From Octopus vulgaris (taxonomy: Eukaryota): a DNA stretch of 64,000 nucleotides. The translations under genes were made by a program, and so were the position numbers. The DNA lies in the NCBI GenBank assembly GCA_951406725.2, contig OX597819.1:87420001-87484000 (forward strand), read 5' to 3'. This document shows, one piece after another, positions 57,192 through 64,000 of this stretch. The notes under the pieces were generated by a model. That model did no database searches. It worked only from the letters and a program-made list of their open reading frames with translations, and was not told the origin of the DNA. The first letter of the stretch is position 1. Each line of letters starts with the position of its first letter.

Positions 57192-58190
57192 CTCAGTTTT
57201 AATATAAGACTATTTTACTCTACCTTTTGTATCTGAATACTATTTCTCCTACCTTGTTTTTCACCTATGTACTGACTTGTGTGAGTATGCATGTGTGTGT
57301 GTGTGTGGTGTATGTAGATAGACAGACAGACTGATATATCCAAACAAGCTTCTTTTCGGTTTCCCCCAAGCAAGTTCACTTACAAGGCTTTGGTTGACTA
57401 AAGATACTTGCCTAAGGTGCCATGCAATGGGACAATATTTATAGATATATGTGCAGGTAGTGGTCAGAAGTCAAAGAAGCATTCCAGGAATATTTCACAA
57501 AATTACTAAAAGTCAGATATAAAGTCTAGCACATCCATCAAAAGTGGCACAACAGAAGAACTGGTTAGTGAGCAGGTGGTAGAACATAAAAACTGGTTCC
57601 ATAGCTCATACTATTATTGTTGCAGCTCATACTATTATTGTTGCAGCTAACAGATCACTATTTATTTTACTGATTTTGTAATCTCAAAACAGTTAATTTT
57701 GTAATCTCAAAACAATCTGTAAATGATATTTTTAAAAATAGAAGTATCAGCCTCCGCTCTCCATGCCACTGATGTTATCCAAGGGAGAGGCAAAGGCTGA
57801 TACAGCTTGACACCTGTGACTTTACAACTCATTTCTTCAGCTGTGTGAAATGAAGCAACATGAAATAAAGTGTCTTACTCAAGAACATAACACACAGCCT
57901 GGTCCAGAAATTGAACTCACTTCCACATGATTGTGAGTGTGACACAACCACTGAACCATATATATATATATATTAGGGGATCTCCAAGAACATGAATTTA
58001 TATATAGGCAAATTCATCCAGTTGTCCAAGTTGTTCTTGTATAATGAAATCGTTGAAATTATTATGCAATAGTTTTACTTTAAATAATCAATGTAACATC
58101 ATCATTGTTTATATTCATGTTTTACAACTTGTTAAATTATCTATTTAACCCAATCAAAATCGATCAATGGAAATTGCAGATGTGTTACCA

Positions 58191-58563
58191 GTGCCAGTGG
58201 CATGTAAGAGAACCTTCTGTTTCGCGACCGTTGCCAGCGCCGCCCCGACTGGCCTCGTGCCGGTGGCACGTAAAAAGCACCATCCGTTCGTGTCCGTTGC
58301 CAGCCTCGCCTGGCCCTCGTGCCGGTGGCACATAAAAAGCACCATCCGTTCATGGCCGTTTGCCAGCTCTGTCTGGCACCTGTGCGGGTGGCACGTAAAA
58401 AGCACCCACTACACTCACGGAGTGGTTAGCGTTAGGAAGGGCATCCAGCCGTAGAAACACTGCCAGATTTGACTGGGCCTGATGAAGCCTTCTGGCTTCA
58501 CAGACCCCAGTAGAACCGTCCAACCCATGCTAGCATGGAAAACGGACGCTAAACGATGATGAT
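58191..58563 (+). mobile_element. SINE family C, young copy with four tandem 5' modules
   Basis: Modules start at 58191, 58257, 58319 and 58382, followed by the GTTAGGAAGGGCATCCAGCCGTAGAAAC core and an ACGATGATGATG tail. Confidence 0.85.
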
Positions 58564-58945
58564 GTAGTTGAAACAGTTGTAACCAAGGAACACATGTGAC
58601 ACCTGTACCGCCATTCTTTTGGTTACTTTATATATGCATATATATATATATATATATATATATTTAAGTCACAATATATGGATTCAAGTAATCTGGTAGT
58701 ACTCATTAAAAAAACTCCTTAATGTATCATTCTACAAAGACTTTCTTTCACCTGAGGACATAGCTTAAATTCTGCTATATTTTGAGGAGTTTTTTGCATT
58801 AATAAAGACATGTAAGTAATTCATTGATTATTAAATATAATAATATAAATTATTTACATGTTTTTAAGCTATAAAACAATTTGCCATGATATTAGAATTT
58901 TCTTATTGTTAAATAAAATTTCATGAAACTATTTCTGTCATTTGT

Positions 58946-58979
<34 letters not shown>

Positions 58980-59061
58980 AATAATAATAATATTAGGGAG
59001 TATAGCTCCAAACTTATAGGGAAAAATTAGATTTAGTATTAAATCAAATTTCACAGTATAA

Positions 59062-59250
59062 ATATATAAAATATGAATTAGAGATAAAACCACTATTAGG
59101 CAACTCAAACAGTGATAGACATAGACCAATATATATATATATCATATTGATTATATTTATATTATTTGTTATTTATGTATTGGTCTATGTCTATCACTGT
59201 TTGAGTTGCCTAATAGTAGTTTTATCTTTAATTCATATTTTATATATATA
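59062..59250. repeat. ~70-bp near-perfect inverted repeat with an AT-rich spacer
   Basis: AAAATATGAATTAGAGATAAAACCACTATTAGGCAACTCAAACAGTGATAGACATAGACCAATA and its reverse complement ~45 bp downstream. Confidence 0.9.
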
Positions 59251-59598
59251 TATATATATATATACATGCACACACATTAAAGTGTGTATGTATGTAAGCT
59301 GTTCAATTGGTTGGGTTGCTAGAGTTATATGATTGCTTTATATAATCCTTGTGGCTCTCTAAGGCCACCTTTGCCTTTGGTCTTCCTCACACATTGGTAA
59401 CCTATCAGTCCTCTATTAGAGTTGATACTTCTCATTCCTCCACTCTTTCTTTCTGCCTGCCTTTCTCTATTCTGTTAAAACATGGGCTGTAGCCAGACCT
59501 GAAGACGGATGAACTCCCCTAGATGCTAAAAATGCCCAAGCACACTGCATCTCACTATGGCACCTCTTCAATTCCATCAAGGAGTAGAGAGCCCAAGG

Positions 59599-59856
59599 CA
59601 GCATTTCTTAACTGGGATCCATATAAGATTTTCTTGGTAAAATTTACCTGCAATATATTCGTTATACTTCTACAATATATAATCTTTTTTTACACATGCC
59701 AGCATGTAAAGTGGATGTTAAATGACCATGATGATGACGTTTTAATATTTAATTATCAAAACATGATTTTTAAAACATCAGATGTCTAGGAGGGTTCATT
59801 CAAGTCAAATGGGAATCAGTGGGATCCATGGGTTAAAAAATGGTCGAGAAACCCTG
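59599..59856. mobile_element. hAT (Charlie/Buster-type) MITE with 8-bp TSD
   Basis: Ends CAGCATTTCTTAACT and GGTCGAGAAACCCTG; TSD GCCCAAGG / ACCCAAGG. Confidence 0.75.
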
Positions 59857-60181
59857 ACCCAAGGTAAGGTATATATATATTAATATATACACACATATCA
59901 CTGTAAAGTGGTTGGTTTAGGAAGGGCATCCAGCCATAGAAACCATGTCAAAGCTGACAGTGGAACTCACCAAATCCTGTCAAACCATGCAACTCATGTG
60001 AGCAAGGGAAATGGATGTTAAATGATGATGATTACACCCCCCCACACACACACATGCACAATAATTGAAATTTTTTAATACATCAGATTGCTTTCAACAC
60101 AAGCATTTTTCTTTCTTTGTTTAAAAGTTATCATTCAATATAGCAAATACTCTTTTATAAATAACTTCAAAGCGATACAAA

Positions 60182-60236
<55 letters not shown>

Positions 60237-61773
60237 ACGATATTTAGCTAAATAACTGAGTTAATCTCATGCCATTCTTCAAAAATATTTTATGCATGTC
60301 ACACAGCCCATGAAAAAGCAAGACATCAAGGATCTGTGTTTCTAGAACCTCAACAGGAAACACATCATGTTCTTCACAAATAATTGCATTTCTTCAATAA
60401 CCCCCAAAAAACAAGTTGGCTTTTCTTAATTTATTTTTTTTAATTATGTAACCAATGTTACTAAGGTCTCAGCTTTTATAACATGTGACATCTCCTTTCA
60501 AAAGAAACATTAAACAGAGAGTTTTTGTTGTGTTAAAGTAGAGGTCAGCAGGTTCTTGGAGCATATGAAAGGCTGTATGATTATAGAAAGCAGTAAAAAA
60601 AAAACTTTCTTACATAAAAAGAAGCAACAGATTTAGGTTTGTTTATTCATTGTGATTTCTAACATTGGACACAAGGTCACATATCTGGTGAAGAGAAGGT
60701 TAGTCAATGAAAATGAACCCAAGAACTTGACTGGTACTTTATTTTCCATCTCTGGAGAGATGAAAGGCAAAATTGAGTTCACTGAGATTTGAATTTAGAA
60801 TGTAAAGGGCTGGAGTTAAATGCTGCAAAGCAGTTTGTCTCTTGCTCTATCAATTCCACCAATCCAATTCTCTAGTCAGGTCAGTGTTTCTCAACCTTTT
60901 TACCCTTGCATAACCCTTAAAATAAATTACATGTCTCAAGGAACCCCTGCACAAAAAAATTATATACTATATCTTTCTTATATTTTTCATCATAGTTCGC
61001 ATGGTAAATATTATTTATATATTTATATATAGACTTGTTTTTTTATAATTTTCCCAAGTTCAAATTTCTTTAAGATCAATCTTGTTGTCCTGTATTTCAG
61101 CATTCCAAACTTGATCAACTAAATAGCAGTAATATACTTGTAAGTTAATTCAATTGACTATCCTTCTCATATACAAAAATTTACTACTTGCTAAGTATTA
61201 TGCTTAGTCACTTTTAACAAAAATGTTTTGATTATTCTTCTCTAAACTATATACATTAAATGGTTACAAATATATAATGGGTTTTTTACCAGGCATTGTC
61301 AAAAATGCATTAGAGAGCTTGCAATAAATTTATTTTGTTGCATTTTATTTATTTTTTTGCAATAGATTAATTGCATTTTTCTTTTGTCGCAATAAATAAT
61401 TGCAATTAATTGCAATAAATTGTAATGCTCTCCAGAAAACCCCCTTGTAAAATTTTATGCATCCAAAAGTGTCATTTTTTGCAAAAATAACAGTACATTC
61501 CTAAAGAAAGCTTTACTTTCTCAATTTTGATTGATCTATTTCTTTGCTGTCCAAAAGATGTTTGGATCACCCACAATTTTCTAGAAATTCTTATACTGCC
61601 TGCCAGAATAACAAAATCGACCACCAATGTGTGATATGACCTAGGATGGAAAAACATGCCTACAACATGCCCCTTAGGGCCCATACCACCCCAATCAAGA
61701 CAGAAAAAATGTATGAATGGTAAACGGATGGTTTCATACTATTAGCAATTACAATGAGTATGCATTTAACAAT

Positions 61774-62488
61774 TTACATGAGGGGACTGGATGAAACGAT
61801 ATGCAAAACAAGTTCATTATCCCAAAGATGGTCATTTACTCTTAAAAGCAGTTGCATCTACAGATATACGGGTGATAATTGATGTCTTGTATCATCGAAT
61901 GCATTCACTGCTCCACTGAAGAACTTTTCAACCAAGTTAGTCATTGGCAAAATGAATGCTGTATTAATATAACGTGGTTGGCTGACACCCATCTCGCTTT
62001 GATGCTTTTTGAGGACATTGCAAGTGAAGTTGTCTGATTCAACCGTTTCTTGTTCTGGTGTACTGGGCAGCTTTAAGCTTACAACAGATTCCTTTTCATC
62101 TGCAGTCAGCTCACTGGCTTTTTGATTTTGTATTTTTACCACAGACTTCTCAAACAAAGGGAATTGGATGATTTATGTGTTGGCACCGAGATATTTCTGC
62201 ATGGAGGGGTATAACTGGATCGTTTTGTCGAAGAGGCATTGAACGTCAGCCAGGGTGATATCTTCTCACTGAAGAGCTGATGTGACTGAGTTAAGCTTTT
62301 TTAGATGTGAGTGGAGTTGAGATAGCTGTGGACTTTCTCTGGCAGTTGGAATAAAGTCCATTAGTTGGTGATTGTCTGCAACCATTTTGGCAGTGCTGGA
62401 CCATCTCGTGTCATTCTTTGTAACAGGTCAAAGAGTTGGAAGGGTCAACTTCAGTGAAGAATAACTTGACAATCTTTTGGGAATCCAT
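61774..62488 (-). pseudogene. Decayed, internally deleted hAT-like transposase
   Basis: One frame with four stops: TL*PVTKNDTRWSSTAKMV...LNSVTSALQ*EDITLADVQCLFD...FEKSVVKIQ...FILPMTNLVEKFFS...RHQLSPVYL*MQLLLRVNDHLWD. TRWSST and PxTNxxExxFS are hAT catalytic and dimerisation-region motifs. Confidence 0.8.
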
Positions 62489-63194
62489 GGACACGGTTGT
62501 GATCAGCACGGGTAAATACGTTGTGCTGTTTGTGGTGCTATGGGTTATGATGAGCTATCTGGTGTTGGCAGAGAGGATTGCAGATGAGGTAAATGGAAGT
62601 GAAGATTGCAGGGGCTGGTGGAAGAGCCACGGGGGCATGCGTGGGCAAAAAGCATGTGGGGCAGTTCGATGAGAGCCAGGAGCGTGCAAGGATGTGCTTT
62701 TTTCTTGACAGTGATCGCTCATCCTGCCTAGATCCACAGGTAAGGTCTCTGTATTTCTTTCTCCCTTTTGACCAATTAATTTTTGACAACCCCTGGGTTT
62801 TTCAATATTTGCCAATCTCTTTCCATTAACGAACATGTTTTTTTCTTTCAAATAACTTAAAGAGTTTGTCACAGTTAAGGTAATAATTTACAGTCCATTG
62901 ATTATGGAGCAAGATATATCTCTGCCTTTGAATTCAAATTAGTCATTACTACATTTAAACAGACTGGTTGGTATGTATCATACTACTTTCAAACATTAAG
63001 TTGCAAACAACTGGTTGGCCAGAAAATTTTAAAATTTATTCTTTTTATCATTATCATCATGAATGCTGAAATTTGTTTTTTTAAATGGCTTGGGCACAAG
63101 AAAACTGGCAGCACCCAAGGATCATTCAAAGGATTCCATGACTGGTGAGAAAAGCAAGAGAAAAGCATCCTCAAACAGATAATCTAGAGTAAAT

Positions 63195-63500
63195 GTTTAC
63201 AACAGAGTCATAGGCGACAAATACGGGTTCTGCAATTTCTTGCTGAACAACCTGTGTAGATAATACTTGTAAATAGTGATCAAGTGTTTGTGCAGCACAT
63301 TGGCTCTACCTCCATCAAACTGACACTGCCTGTATAGGTACATGGTGTGCCACACATCAGATGTTGAAGTGACCACAGAGCAACATGAACTGAAGTGTTT
63401 TGCTCCAAAACACAACATACAAACCAGTCTAAGAATATCAAAACCTGTGATTTCTTGATTGTGAATGCAACATCCTAAACACTGGGCCACATGCCCTCAC
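63195..63500 (-). mobile_element. SINE family E-related, reverse
   Basis: The minus strand begins GTGAGGGCATGTGGCCCAGTG, with CORE-like GAGCAAAACACTTCAGTTCATGTTGCTC. Confidence 0.6.
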
Positions 63501-64000
63501 TGCATCAGAGCAGATATACTCCAATAAAACCACAGAAAGACCAGGTGGTGCTGCTAAACCAGGTAACTGATAAAGTCTAGTACCCTCAAAACAGGAACAG
63601 TCCCTCCAAAGGACTTCCATTTAGTTTTCATCTACCAAATTCAACCCACGAGGCATTGGGTCAATCTAAGGCTAAAGAGTAGAAGGTACTTGTTCAAGGG
63701 TTTAACTAGTGGGATCAGATCTAAAAGCATTTAGTTGTAAATGAAGCAAACTTCTTAACTCCCTAACTGCATCCATGGGTATTCCAGCTGTAATCATCCT
63801 ATTTTTTGCCGTTCTCTTTATGGAAAATTTTAGGTTGTGATATAAAGGGGATTTGACTGCTATTTCATGCAGTATGGGCAACCATATATATATATGCTCA
63901 CTCATCAACTCATCAAGTGTGTTGTGAGAAGGGAATTTTAACATTTTAGGCATGTGTTGAATTTGTTCTTTTAAATGAAAACTCCTGTGCAAAATACTAG

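Noticed and set aside
57601-57713. Short 19-21-bp duplications
   Set aside because: Ordinary slippage products with no further structure.
58191-58407. CRISPR-like repeat/spacer appearance
   Set aside because: The spacers are homologous to each other, the context is a eukaryotic SINE, and there are no cas genes.

Overview
This is AT-rich, repeat-dense eukaryotic (animal) DNA. Its SINE and microsatellite repertoire looks like octopus/coleoid cephalopod, which is recognition from memory and not verified. Only one convincing host coding exon is visible (minus strand, 9367-9689; it ends in the first strands of a probable PH domain). The rest is intron or intergenic sequence holding at least six short-interspersed repeat families, hAT, Tc1/mariner/pogo and TTAA-type MITEs (several nested, with visible target-site duplications), decayed LINE fragments (CR1-like, RTE, Vingi-like, Tx1/L1-like, Penelope-like) and a decayed hAT-like transposase of an oomycete-looking type. 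The most unusual structures are: a 4.3-kb purine-strand (GA)n-derived satellite with higher-order duplications (18706-23051); a ~340-bp fold-back hairpin (27607-27950); a recent combined inverted and direct duplication (54567-57191); hammerhead-like motifs in Penelope-type termini; a tandem pseudoknot-like module in one SINE; a SINE tail shared with a LINE 3' end; and a CpG-retaining domain (~29.7-43.0 kb) between two CpG-depleted blocks. Nearly all ORFs in the supplied track are artefacts of repeats. Repeat boundaries were read by eye and are approximate unless TIRs or TSDs are quoted.
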